From: Acidimicrobiales bacterium
GTDB taxonomy: Bacteria > Actinomycetota > Acidimicrobiia > Acidimicrobiales > JAHWKP01
Reading direction: 5' to 3'
Assembly: GCA_035526705.1 (NCBI GenBank)
Contig: DATLBX010000057.1
Location: 99-64,098 of the forward strand
DNA: 64,000 bases
Shown: positions 36,121-46,006 of the stretch, in pieces
Position numbering within the stretch: position 1 is the stretch's first letter
How the letters are laid out: each line of letters begins with the position of its first letter
Program-made: the position numbers and the translations under genes
The notes under the pieces: generated by a model
Seen by the model: the letters and a program-made list of their open reading frames with translations, nothing else
What the model was told of the DNA's origin: nothing
Database searches by the model: none

Positions 36121-37974
36121 CTAGGTCCCTATGTGCTTCGCGAGAAAGGCCTCGACCTCTCCGGTGAGCTTGTCCTTGTCCTCGCGGGACATCGATTCCA
36201 CGAAGTGTCCAGCCTTCTCCAGCACGAAGTGGTCGTAGTCGACTCCCGCCGCGTCGAGCGCCTTGAGCAGCGCCTCACCCTGGCCCGTCCCGACGCGCGG
36301 GTCGTTGCCCGAATAGAAGACGAGCAGCGGCACGGTTATCCGGTCGAGCTGGCGGATGGGCGAACGTTCCCACAGCAGGTCCTGATCCGTTTCGGGGTCG
36401 CCGATGCGCCGCGCGAATAGAGAGCCGAACTGAGCAAACAGCTTCCCGATCTCGGCCGTCAGGTCGACCGGAGCCATCCCCGCGACTGCGCACTTCACCA
36501 GGTCCGGGTCGGACGTGACGGTCGTCATGGTCTCGTAGCCGCCATATGACGTACCGAACATCGCCAGACGGTCCGGGTCGGCCCATCCCTGCTCGACGAC
36601 GTGGCGGACCGCGTCGACCACGTCGAAGTGCATCTTCCGGCCCCACTCCTTGTCGCCCGCATCGAGGAACTTCTTCCCGAAGCCCAACGAGCCGCGGTAC
36701 TGGAGCTGAACGCAGAGGTAGCCACGGTTCGCGAAGAACTGCGGCCAGCCCTCCCAGCCGGGTGGGTCACGATGCCACGGTCCGCCGTGGGGTTTGACCA
36801 CCGTCGGCAGCGCCGTGCGGCCATGGTCGGGCGGGAAAGTGAGGTAGCCCTGGATCTCCAATCCGTCCCGGGCCTCGAAGCGGAAGGGTTCCTTTCGGGC
36901 CAACGTGTAGTTCGCCAGGTTCGGGTGTTCGTCCCACAGCAGCGTGGAACTCTTCGTGTCGCGGTCGTAGAGGTGGTAGCTCCCGGGGTGGGCATCGGAG
37001 CTGACGTTGTAGATCCACTTTCGGTCCGCCGCGTCGCGGCTGACAATGCCGTATTGCGCGTTTGGTCCGTAGGGGCCGCCGCGAATGGCGTCGAGATCGT
37101 CCTGAACGGACGGGTCCATCACCAGGTAGTCGTACGTCTCCGCGTAGACCGTGGCGAACTGCGGCCGCGCATCCTCAGGGTGGTGGGTGACGAACAGGAG
37201 GTCGTATCCGGGATATTCCGCCACGGTCGTCAGCTGCCCGGAGGCAAGGTCCAGCCGGACGAGGCTTTGCGTGTCGAAGCCCTTCGAAGTGACGAATGAG
37301 AGCGCTCGCCCGTCGTCGATCACCTCGATGGGAGTGCCCGATGGGAAGGCGACGAGCATGGCGTCTTCCGGACCGAACTCGATGGCTGTACGCCAGTCGC
37401 CACCCTCGTCGTCGCGGACGGCGATTCCCGCGCTGCCGTCGGCGTTGAGCCGAACCCCGCCCTTCACGCCCAAGTCCTTGTCAGTGAGCCAGCGGGTGAA
37501 TCCGGGGTTCTCCTCCAGAAGAGCGATGTCACCAGTTGCCGTGTCGAGCTTGTGAAGGTCCGGCCGGCCGTTGCCCTTGGTATCGATGGCCAGAAGGAGC
37601 GTGTCCGGATGGCGCGGGCTCGATCCCGCGATGCTCATCCCACCGGGGAGATCCGCCAGCGGTCGTGTCAGTCCGGACTCAGCGTGGGCGGCGTACAACC
37701 GGTACTGCTCGTCGCCCCCGCCATCTCTCGCGAACATCAGCTCCCGGCCGGAGGGCGACCAGAAGCAACCCCGAACATCACGATCGTCGCCGGCTGGCAG
37801 CGGCTTGGCCTTGGATGGATCCGAAGTCGGCCCGACGTGGATCCGCGACACACCGTCGACCTGGTCGACGAACGCAATCAGGGCCCCATCAGGCGACAGC
37901 GAGGGGGCTGAGCGGCTCCCTCCGCCGAACAGGACATGGGCAGGTATCCGCGTGGAGCTCACGCCCCGATCCAA
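36121..37974 (-). CDS. S9 family serine peptidase (prolyl oligopeptidase/dipeptidyl aminopeptidase type)
   Basis: The triad context is intact: GTSYGGY, SGNDPRV, KAGHFV. N-terminal propeller. The start is uncertain (TTG 37974 or GTG 37962). Confidence 0.88.
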   Translation of the reverse strand: MDRGVSSTRIPAHVLFGGGSRSAPSLSPDGALIAFVDQVDGVSRIHVGPTSDPSKAKPLPAGDDRDVRGCFWSPSGRELMFARDGGGDEQYRLYAAHAESGLTRPLADLPGGMSIAGSSPRHPDTLLLAIDTKGNGRPDLHKLDTATGDIALLEENPGFTRWLTDKDLGVKGGVRLNADGSAGIAVRDDEGGDWRTAIEFGPEDAMLVAFPSGTPIEVIDDGRALSFVTSKGFDTQSLVRLDLASGQLTTVAEYPGYDLLFVTHHPEDARPQFATVYAETYDYLVMDPSVQDDLDAIRGGPYGPNAQYGIVSRDAADRKWIYNVSSDAHPGSYHLYDRDTKSSTLLWDEHPNLANYTLARKEPFRFEARDGLEIQGYLTFPPDHGRTALPTVVKPHGGPWHRDPPGWEGWPQFFANRGYLCVQLQYRGSLGFGKKFLDAGDKEWGRKMHFDVVDAVRHVVEQGWADPDRLAMFGTSYGGYETMTTVTSDPDLVKCAVAGMAPVDLTAEIGKLFAQFGSLFARRIGDPETDQDLLWERSPIRQLDRITVPLLVFYSGNDPRVGTGQGEALLKALDAAGVDYDHFVLEKAGHFVESMSREDKDKLTGEVEAFLAKHIGT

Positions 37975-38078
37975 TCAGGCCGGAGGAGTAGGCCGCTTGA
38001 CGCTCCCGCAAAGCAGCCAGCGGCAGCACGTTGCAGAGGCACAACTTCCAGCGGCGCCAACCGGTGGAGACTGCCCGA

Positions 38079-39365
38079 ATGGGCACTGCCGCGGGCATAA
38101 CTCGATTCACCCTGGACAATGGGCTGAGGGTCGTCGTAGCCGAGGATCGATCAGCCCCGGTCGTAGCGGTCACCGTCAACTACGACATCGGTCTCCGCAC
38201 CGAACGGGAAGGCCGGAGCGGGTTCGCCCACCTGTTCGAGCACATCATGTTCAGAGGGTCCGCCAACGTTCCGGACGGCGACTTCAGCCGGTTGACCTCA
38301 CGCTACGGCGGAGGTGGCAACGCCTCGACCGGGCTCGATCAGACCAACTACACGACCGTCCTGCCGACCAACGCGTTGGAGCTCGGGCTCTTCGTCGAGT
38401 CGGACCGGATGGGCTGGCCAACGTTGAGCGAGGAAGCGCATCGGGGCGAGTGCGAGGTGGTCAAGGAGGAGACGCGGTTGCGGTTCCTCAACAAACCCAA
38501 GACCGAGCCGATCGGCGGGTGGTGGCTCGACATGCGTGCCCTCGCCTTCGACGGCTATCCGAACGCCCACGACGGCACGGGCAGCTTCGAGGAGATCGAA
38601 GCGTCGTCGGCTGCGGAGACCCGCGAGTTCTTCGAGTCCTATTACACCCCCGCCAACGCGGTCCTCTCGATCGTCGGCGACCCCGGCGATGTCGACGTCA
38701 AAGCGCTCGTCGAAAAGTGGTTTGGCGTGATTCCCGGTAGGCCCACGTCTCCCATCCCCGCCGTGAGCGAGCCGCCTCTCAGCGAGGAAAGGCGGAAGGT
38801 GCTCATCGACAAGCTCACCCCCTCGCCCATGCTGGCCGTGGGGTGGCGCACCCCCGACCCGGTCGCCGACATGGCCTCACATGCCGCGGCCATCGTGCTC
38901 GCGGAGGTCCTCGTGGCCAAAGAGGATGGACTGCTGGTGCGTCGCCTCGTGTCGAAGGAGCAGCTGGCTACTTCCGTGGCGGGCTTCGTCGAGTTCTTCG
39001 GTCTGCAATTCCTCGCCCGGGACCCGTTGCTCTTGAGTGTCACCGTCCATCACGACGGTTCAGACGCCGATGCACTGCTGAGCGCCATCGACGAGGAGGT
39101 GGCCCAGTTCGTCGCAGCCCCGGATGAGTGCGCGGTGGAGCGAGCGAAGACCACGGTGTTGACACGATGGCTACAGAACATCGACGAGGTCGGCATGCGG
39201 TCGATCTTCGTGGCCGGCTTCGAGCTGATCTGGGGTCGCGCCGAGCTCCTCGACGAGATTGCCGACGTATACCGGTCCGTGACGACCGACGATGTCGTCC
39301 GCGTCGCCCGCGACTACCTGACGCCCACGAGCCGCGCCGTCCTCGACATCCGGGGGTCCAAGTGA
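38079..39365 (+). CDS. M16 (insulinase/pitrilysin) family zinc peptidase, active subunit
   Basis: HxxEH zinc motif in GFAHLFEHIMFRGS. ATG at 38079 preceded by GGTGGAGA. Confidence 0.88.
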   Translation: MGTAAGITRFTLDNGLRVVVAEDRSAPVVAVTVNYDIGLRTEREGRSGFAHLFEHIMFRGSANVPDGDFSRLTSRYGGGGNASTGLDQTNYTTVLPTNALELGLFVESDRMGWPTLSEEAHRGECEVVKEETRLRFLNKPKTEPIGGWWLDMRALAFDGYPNAHDGTGSFEEIEASSAAETREFFESYYTPANAVLSIVGDPGDVDVKALVEKWFGVIPGRPTSPIPAVSEPPLSEERRKVLIDKLTPSPMLAVGWRTPDPVADMASHAAAIVLAEVLVAKEDGLLVRRLVSKEQLATSVAGFVEFFGLQFLARDPLLLSVTVHHDGSDADALLSAIDEEVAQFVAAPDECAVERAKTTVLTRWLQNIDEVGMRSIFVAGFELIWGRAELLDEIADVYRSVTTDDVVRVARDYLTPTSRAVLDIRGSK

Positions 39366-40711
39366 GCCGGACCATGACCGCCCCGGTCCGAAGCGTTCCC
39401 GAGGTCCCGCCTCTGCCGCCACTGCGCGAGCCCGACGATGCGCGTCGCGAATTGTCAAACGGTCTGGACGTGTGGGCGGCGCGCCGGGGCGGCGCGGCAC
39501 TGAGCGAGGTCCGCCTGGTGATCCCGCTCGGGGGATTGGGCGCTGACGCCTCCTCCGACGCCACAGCGCGGCTGACAGCCGAGTTGCTGTTCAGTGAAGC
39601 GGCCGGCCCAGCTGCGGCAGAGGCCGGCAGCCGGCTCGCCGCGTTGGGTTTCTCGGCGCGTGCCTCTGCGGGAGCGGGCACCTTCTCCGTGGGCCTCTCC
39701 GGTCTGGACGACAACCTGGCGGAGGCGCTGGCCATCGTGGCCGACGTGCTCGGCTCCACCTCGTTCGACGCCGACCAGGTGGCTCAGCGCGCCGGGCGAA
39801 TCGCCGCACAGCTGGAGCTGGAGGGCGCGGACCCGGGCCGCATCGCGCACGACCGCCTTCGGCGGCTCCTGTTCGGCGGCCATGCCTATGGGCGCACGCT
39901 GAGCGATCCGAGCGCGGTCGCCGCAACCGAATCCCCCGCCGCTGATGCGTTCGCGCGGACTCACCTGGTGCCGTCGCGAAGCCACCTCGTAGTTGTGAGC
40001 CCGCGAGACGCCACGGAAGTCCTGAGCGAAGCGGAGAGTTCGATGAAGGTCTGGGGTCGCAGTGGAGAGGCGACCCCGGTGCCGGATCCGCCGGACACAG
40101 CCCCGGACACGTTCGGACACATGCTCGTACTCGACCGTCCCGACTCGGTTCAGACCGCTTTCTGGTTCGCCAGTCGCACATCCGGCCGCGGCGCCCCAGA
40201 CCACGCCGCGCTGACGATCGCGGTCCTGGTGCTCCAGAAGAGGGTGTACGACAACATTCGTCGGCGAAACGCGTGGAGCTACGCCGCCGGCTCCCAGCTC
40301 ATCGATCTGCCCAAGGCGTCCTACTGCATGTTGGGTTGCCCCGTTCGAACCGAAGTGACCATGCCGGCATACGCGGAGCTGCTTTACGAGATGAACCGAA
40401 TGATCGCGTCGCCGATCTCGGTAGAGGAGCTCGAGGAGGCGGTGGGTGCGCTGCAAGGCAGGACGGCGCAGCGCCTCGGCAGCCGGTCGGGACTGGCGGA
40501 GGAGCTTTGCCGTTTGGCCGAAGCGGGCTCGACTATCCGCGTGCTGGCCGACGAGACCGCGGCGCTTTCGAGCGTGACGGCTGATGAGGTGATGGAGACG
40601 TCGCGCCGATGGCTCGCGCCATCCCGTACCGCCTTCGTCGCGGTCGGAAAAGCGGAAACCCTGCAGCCCCTGCTCGGGATTATCGGCCCGGTACGAGCGG
40701 AGCCCGTCTAA
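39362..40711 (+). CDS. M16 family peptidase-like protein, non-catalytic subunit (no HxxEH)
   Basis: The GTG overlaps the previous stop as GTGA. M16 fold pattern NGLDVWAARRGGAALSEVRLVI without the zinc motif. Confidence 0.8.
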   Translation: MSRTMTAPVRSVPEVPPLPPLREPDDARRELSNGLDVWAARRGGAALSEVRLVIPLGGLGADASSDATARLTAELLFSEAAGPAAAEAGSRLAALGFSARASAGAGTFSVGLSGLDDNLAEALAIVADVLGSTSFDADQVAQRAGRIAAQLELEGADPGRIAHDRLRRLLFGGHAYGRTLSDPSAVAATESPAADAFARTHLVPSRSHLVVVSPRDATEVLSEAESSMKVWGRSGEATPVPDPPDTAPDTFGHMLVLDRPDSVQTAFWFASRTSGRGAPDHAALTIAVLVLQKRVYDNIRRRNAWSYAAGSQLIDLPKASYCMLGCPVRTEVTMPAYAELLYEMNRMIASPISVEELEEAVGALQGRTAQRLGSRSGLAEELCRLAEAGSTIRVLADETAALSSVTADEVMETSRRWLAPSRTAFVAVGKAETLQPLLGIIGPVRAEPV

Positions 40712-41637
40712 TCGAGCGAGGGCACCGGGTCGTCCGGGAGCTGTGTCGCCGGACTCCCGAAGACCTCAGCCACCGCAATTCCTCCGAGGATCAGGAGCGC
40801 GCCGACCACCCCCCCGACGCCCAGACGGTCCCCGACTAGATACCCGAGGACGGCAGCGGAGACCGGCTCCAGCATCAGCAGCAGAGCGGTGCGCGACGGG
40901 CCGATGAGGCGCTGACCCCATATCTGGAGGCTGAGGGCCCCGGCCGAGGCCGCAACCGCGGTGTAGGCGGCCGCCGCCCAAGCCTTGGCGGGCAAGTCGT
41001 AGCCGCCGGTGACGACTCCGGGGAGCAGCAACATGGCGCCCACCATGAGCAGCTGTGCGCAGCTCAGCCTCCAGGTGTCGTGCATGGGTGAGAAGTGCGA
41101 CAGGAGGACGACGTGCACCGCGAAGCAGACCGCACAACCCAACGTCAGCCATTCGCCGCGCCCGAAGGAGTGTGGTCCGCCGGCCAGCAGTATCAGGCCG
41201 CCGGTCGCCACCACGACGCCGGCGCCCGTTGCCGGCGAAGGCCGGTGCCGAAGGAACACCGCAGACATCACCGGCACCATCACCACGAAGAGGTACGTCA
41301 CAAAGGCGTTGACCGAGCTGCTCGTGTACTGCACGCCGACCGTTTGAAAGACATACCCGCCGCCGAGCGCCAGCGCGCACCAGAAAGCGGCGGGCAGAAG
41401 ACCGGGCGCCGCGGGTCGACGACGGGCCAACGGCAGCAGGACCAGGCCGGCGATCAAGAATCGCACCGATAGAAATGGCACTGGTTCTGCCGAGGTGACC
41501 GCGTCCTTGATGATTACGAAGGTCGATCCAAAGAGAACGGCCGCCAGAACGATCGCCAGCTCCCCTCGCCTTGCTGAAGGCGGTGCGGGTTGCGTGTCCC
41601 CCGCCGTATCGCGAGGCGCCGAAGGCGGACGAGGCAT
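40708..41637 (-). CDS. EamA/DMT family transporter
   Basis: 10-TM-like hydrophobic pattern with two EamA repeats. Confidence 0.8.
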   Translation of the reverse strand: MPRPPSAPRDTAGDTQPAPPSARRGELAIVLAAVLFGSTFVIIKDAVTSAEPVPFLSVRFLIAGLVLLPLARRRPAAPGLLPAAFWCALALGGGYVFQTVGVQYTSSSVNAFVTYLFVVMVPVMSAVFLRHRPSPATGAGVVVATGGLILLAGGPHSFGRGEWLTLGCAVCFAVHVVLLSHFSPMHDTWRLSCAQLLMVGAMLLLPGVVTGGYDLPAKAWAAAAYTAVAASAGALSLQIWGQRLIGPSRTALLLMLEPVSAAVLGYLVGDRLGVGGVVGALLILGGIAVAEVFGSPATQLPDDPVPSLD

Positions 41638-41652
41638 AGACGCTCGGAGCGA

Positions 41653-43287
41653 CTAACCGCGGTAGCGGTTAGTGATCGGCATGCGGCGGTCGCGTCCGAA
41701 AGCCTTGGGGCTGACGCGAACCCCCGGGGGAGCCTGGCGCCGCTTCCATTCGGCGCGGTCGACCATGCGCACGATGCGCCTCACGGTCTCCGCGTCGTGC
41801 CCTGCGTCGATGAGCTCGCCAGCGGTTCGGTCCTGCTCCACGAATCCCTCGAGAATCGGATCGAGCACCTCGTACGGCGGAAGCGAATCCTGGTCGAGTT
41901 GGTCCGGGCGGAGTTCCGCGGTCGGCGGCCTCCTGATGACAGCTTCAGGGATCACGTCGACACCCGCGCGCCGGTTGCGCTCGCGCGCCAAGGCGTAGAT
42001 CTCGGTCTTCCAGACGTCCTTGATCGGCGCGAAGCCGCCCGCCATGTCCACGCCGTAAGCCGTCGTGTACCCCACGGCGAGTTCGCTCTTGTTTCCACAT
42101 ACCAGCACCAGCCAGTTGAACTTGTTGCTGAGCGACCAGAGCAGCGCGGCGCGAATTCGACCCTGAAGATTCTCTTCGGCAACGTCCGGGGGACGGTCGC
42201 CGAACGAAGCCTCGAGCAGGTCGAGCATCGGACGGAAGGCGGGCTCGATCTCGATCGTTCGCAGGTCCACGCCCAGGTTCCGGGCCAGCTCTGCGGCGTA
42301 GTCGTTCGATTCGTCGGCCGTGTACCTCGACGGCAGCGCCACTGCGTGGACGTGCTCGGCACCGACGGCGTCGGCGGCTACGCAGGCGACGAGCGACGAG
42401 TCGATTCCGCCGGAGAGCCCGAAGACCACGTCGGTGAAGCCGTTCTTGTGGGCGTAGTCCCGAGTACCGAGTACGAGCGCGTCGTACACCTCGGAAGTCA
42501 CCGATGAGCGAACTGGCCCGACGCCGCCGGATACGAGAAGGTCGGCCAACTCGACGGTCACGACGGCCTGCTCGAACTGCGGCAGCGCCACCCGTACGCC
42601 CCCGTCGGCACCGACCGCGAGCGACCCACCGTCGAAAATCAACTCGTCCTGACCGCCGACCTGGTTGACGAACACCAACGGGCACCGGGCCTCGGCAGCC
42701 CGCGCCTCGAGCATCTTCAGCCGGTCCTCGATACGCCGCGCGTAGTACGGCGAAGCGTTCAGGATCACCACGACCTCAGCACCGGCCGCGGGCATCCCCG
42801 CCAAGGGGCCGCCCGCCCACCAAACGTCCTCGCACACTGCGATCCCCACCCGCGTGCCCGAAACCTCGACGACGGCGTTCCCGCCGGCGCCGGGTTCGAA
42901 GTACCGCTCCTCGTCGAACACCGAGTAATTGGGGAGGTGGTGCTTCCGGTAGACCGCCTGGATGGCGCCATCCCGGCAAAAAGCGGCCGCGTTGTACAGC
43001 TTGCCGCTCTCGTCGCGGTCTACGAACCCGACCATGGCCGCGCACTGGCCGGTGGCGGCCACGACCTCTCCGAGCGCCTCCAAGCCATCGTCCACGAACC
43101 CGGGCTTCAGGAGCAGGTCTTCCGGCGGGTAGCCCGTGATCGCCAACTCGGGGAACACGGCTAGCTCCGCGCCCTGCGCGGCGGCCTCGCTCAGCGCATG
43201 CAGGATGCACGCCACGTTGCCTTCGAGGTCGCCGACGGTCGTGTTCAGCTGGCACAGCGCGATGCGCAGGGAGGGTGCCACCCGCAA
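41653..43287 (-). CDS. nadE: Glutamine-dependent NAD+ synthetase
   Basis: N-terminal CN-hydrolase domain (LRIALCQLN, FPELAITGYPPEDL, CEDVW) plus a synthetase domain with SGGIDSS. Start is TTG 43287 or GTG 43281. Confidence 0.92.
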   Translation of the reverse strand: MRVAPSLRIALCQLNTTVGDLEGNVACILHALSEAAAQGAELAVFPELAITGYPPEDLLLKPGFVDDGLEALGEVVAATGQCAAMVGFVDRDESGKLYNAAAFCRDGAIQAVYRKHHLPNYSVFDEERYFEPGAGGNAVVEVSGTRVGIAVCEDVWWAGGPLAGMPAAGAEVVVILNASPYYARRIEDRLKMLEARAAEARCPLVFVNQVGGQDELIFDGGSLAVGADGGVRVALPQFEQAVVTVELADLLVSGGVGPVRSSVTSEVYDALVLGTRDYAHKNGFTDVVFGLSGGIDSSLVACVAADAVGAEHVHAVALPSRYTADESNDYAAELARNLGVDLRTIEIEPAFRPMLDLLEASFGDRPPDVAEENLQGRIRAALLWSLSNKFNWLVLVCGNKSELAVGYTTAYGVDMAGGFAPIKDVWKTEIYALARERNRRAGVDVIPEAVIRRPPTAELRPDQLDQDSLPPYEVLDPILEGFVEQDRTAGELIDAGHDAETVRRIVRMVDRAEWKRRQAPPGVRVSPKAFGRDRRMPITNRYRG

Positions 43288-43307
43288 AAGCCTACGGTCG
43301 GGCCGTC

Positions 43308-45944
43308 ATGGGCCCTGCTGACGACGGTTCGGAGGTCGAAGCCGACTTCGCGACGGCGCTCGACGAGTTGCGTCAGCGCCAGCCGGAGAGCGCAGCGTCC
43401 ATCACGGGAAACCCAGCGGCGGAGAAGGCTCTGGCACTGGTCACCCGCGCCAGTCGAGCGCTGATGCGCCTGGTGGCCTACGACGCGGGCGCGGCATCAG
43501 TTCTCGCTGACCTCGACTACCGGGCTCCCCTGGAACCGTCGAGCGCAGAGGAGGTCGCGGTTTGGCAGAAGCGCGAGCTCCTGCGGATCGCGGCGCGCGA
43601 CCTCACTCGCCTCGACTCGCTGGAGGTCGTAACCGAAGGATTGTCGATCATGGCCTCCGACGTCCTGCGCGCCGCCTGCGCGCTGGCCGGCGGAGAGGCA
43701 CTGGCGGTGATCGGCATGGGGAAGCTCGGAGCGCAGGAGTTGAATTATTCGAGCGACATCGACGTGATGGTGGTCGGAGGTGAAGCTCCTGCGGCGCGAC
43801 GAACTCTGGAAATAGCTCGCTTCTGTTTCCGCGTCGACGCCGCGCTGAGACCGGAAGGGCGAGACGGGCCGCTGACCCGGTCGCTCGAGTCATACGAGGC
43901 GTATTGGCAGCGGTGGGCTTCGCACTGGGAATTCCAGGCGCTGCTCAAGTCCCGGCCGGTCGCGGGAGACGCCGCGTTGGGAGCGGCCTTCGCCGCGGCG
44001 GCCGCCCGACACCTGTGGTCGCACCGCTTCGATGCTGGCGCGCTGCGAGAACTGCGTGACCTCAAGGCGCGCGCCGAAAAGCAGCTCGAACAGCAAGGGT
44101 TGACCCGACGCGAGATAAAGCGCGGCCGAGGCGGGATCCGCGACATCGAGTTCGCCATTCAGCTTCTTCAGCTCGTGCATGGAGGAGATGATCCGGCGCT
44201 GCGGGCTCCAGCCACCTTGACGGCTTTGGACGCTTTAGCGGAGGGGGGCTACGTGGCCGTCGCAGACGCGGCGACGCTGGCGGAGGCCTACCGATTTCTG
44301 CGCGACGTGGAGCACCGGCTTCAACTGGTGGACCTGCAGCAGGTGCATGAGCTTCCGACGGATGCGGAGGCCATGCGACGCCTCGCGCTGGTAATGGGCT
44401 TCGCCGAGCAGGCTGGGCGCTCTGCTACGGAGTCGTTCGAGGCAGAGCTCACCCGACATCGAGCCGCCGCCCGCGCCATTCACGAGCGCCTCTTCTTCCG
44501 TCCACTTCTCGAGGCCTTCTCGGGACGAGCGCCCACGCTCCGTGAGGAGGCGGCCGCGGCGCGGATCTCGGCGTTCGGCTTCACCGAGCTGGAGCGGACT
44601 CGCGCCGCGCTGACGGAGTTGAGCACTGGACTGACACGCTCGTCGCGCCTGATGTCTCAGCTGCTGCCTCTACTGCTGGGTTGGCTTTCCGACAGCCCGG
44701 ACCCCGACTTGGGCCTACTGGGCCTGCGGGCTATAGCGGCCCGGCAGCACGGTGCCTCGCGGCTCACCGACGTTTGCCGCGACTCTCCCGAGGCCGCACG
44801 CCGACTCTGTCTTCTGCTCGGCACCACCCCGCTGCTGCGCGCCGGATTCGAACGCCACCCGCAACTGCTGTCGGACCTGGCCGGCAGCGAGCCGATGCGG
44901 CTGCCATCGCGGGAGAGTCTCCACGGCAGAGCCAGGGCGGCCTGGCAGCAGGGCGTGGACGAACGCCGCCGCGGCCTGCGCCTCGTGCGCGACGAGGAGG
45001 TCGCCCGCCTGGCAGCCCGAGACGTGCTCGGCCTCGACGACGTGGCGTCGACGGCGCGGTCGCTGACCTGTCTGGCGGAGGTGGTGCTCGACGCCGCGCT
45101 GACCGCCCTGGAGCCGCAAGTGCCCTTCGCCATCGTCGGCATGGGCCGCCTCGGCGGGGGCGAGCTCGGTTACGCCAGTGACCTGGACGTCCTCTTCGTC
45201 CACGGCGGCTCGACGACGGCCGATGCCGCCGAAGCTGAGCGCGTCGCAACCGAGCTGACTCGATTCGTGAACGGTCCGACGCCGGCCGAACGTCTCTTCG
45301 AAATGGACGCCCGCCTTCGCCCTGAAGGAAAACAAGGCCCGCTGGCGCGCAGCCTGGACGGCTACCGCAGCTATTGGCAGCGGTGGGCCAAACCCTGGGA
45401 ACGTCAGTCGCTGCTACGCGCCCGTCCGGCCGCCGGCGATGCAGTCGTGGGCTCGAACTTCATGGCGGCGGCCGCGGACTTCGTGTGGGGGACCCCCATG
45501 CGCGAGGAGGAGTTGCGGGAGCTGCGCCGGGTGAAGGCCCGCGTCGAGAGCGAACGGGTCCCGCCGGGGGAGGACTCTCATTTCCATCTGAAGTTGGGTC
45601 CGGGATCGCTCTCGGACGTGGAGTGGACGGCGCAGCTGCTGCAGCTCACCTCGGGCACGCGCGGCGCCGCCACGCTCACCGCGCTCGACGCGTTGACCGA
45701 CGCGGGGGCCCTGTGGGCCTCCGACCGCGATGTTCTCGCCATCGCCTACCGGTTCTGCGAGCACGTACGGAATCGCTGGTTCTTAGTGCGCGGTGGTCCC
45801 GGTGACGCCCTGCCGACCGATGCGCTCCAGCTGTCGAAGCTGGCCCGGAGCCTCGGAACCACGCCTGCCGCGCTCCGCGACGAATACCGAAGAATCACGC
45901 GTCGGGCGCGGGAAGCGACACTTCGGCTCTTCTACGGCAAGTAA
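43308..45944 (+). CDS. glnE: Bifunctional glutamine synthetase adenylyltransferase/adenylyl-removing enzyme
   Basis: Two nucleotidyltransferase modules (GMGKLGAQELNYSSDIDV and GMGRLGGGELGYASDLDV). I chose the ATG at 43308 to avoid overlapping the divergent nadE start. Confidence 0.92.
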   Translation: MGPADDGSEVEADFATALDELRQRQPESAASITGNPAAEKALALVTRASRALMRLVAYDAGAASVLADLDYRAPLEPSSAEEVAVWQKRELLRIAARDLTRLDSLEVVTEGLSIMASDVLRAACALAGGEALAVIGMGKLGAQELNYSSDIDVMVVGGEAPAARRTLEIARFCFRVDAALRPEGRDGPLTRSLESYEAYWQRWASHWEFQALLKSRPVAGDAALGAAFAAAAARHLWSHRFDAGALRELRDLKARAEKQLEQQGLTRREIKRGRGGIRDIEFAIQLLQLVHGGDDPALRAPATLTALDALAEGGYVAVADAATLAEAYRFLRDVEHRLQLVDLQQVHELPTDAEAMRRLALVMGFAEQAGRSATESFEAELTRHRAAARAIHERLFFRPLLEAFSGRAPTLREEAAAARISAFGFTELERTRAALTELSTGLTRSSRLMSQLLPLLLGWLSDSPDPDLGLLGLRAIAARQHGASRLTDVCRDSPEAARRLCLLLGTTPLLRAGFERHPQLLSDLAGSEPMRLPSRESLHGRARAAWQQGVDERRRGLRLVRDEEVARLAARDVLGLDDVASTARSLTCLAEVVLDAALTALEPQVPFAIVGMGRLGGGELGYASDLDVLFVHGGSTTADAAEAERVATELTRFVNGPTPAERLFEMDARLRPEGKQGPLARSLDGYRSYWQRWAKPWERQSLLRARPAAGDAVVGSNFMAAAADFVWGTPMREEELRELRRVKARVESERVPPGEDSHFHLKLGPGSLSDVEWTAQLLQLTSGTRGAATLTALDALTDAGALWASDRDVLAIAYRFCEHVRNRWFLVRGGPGDALPTDALQLSKLARSLGTTPAALRDEYRRITRRAREATLRLFYGK

Positions 45945-46006
45945 CCCACCCGACGTGTTCGCACCCGCCGCGGAAGGTGCTGAATGTGGCTCGGTAGGGT
46001 CTCGCC

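Noticed and set aside
24816-40711. Selenoprotein gene (in-frame TGA) near selC.
   Set aside because: All sizeable coding regions are accounted for by uninterrupted ORFs. I saw no same-frame ORF pairs separated by a single TGA, and no unassigned coding-like gap longer than ~450 bp.
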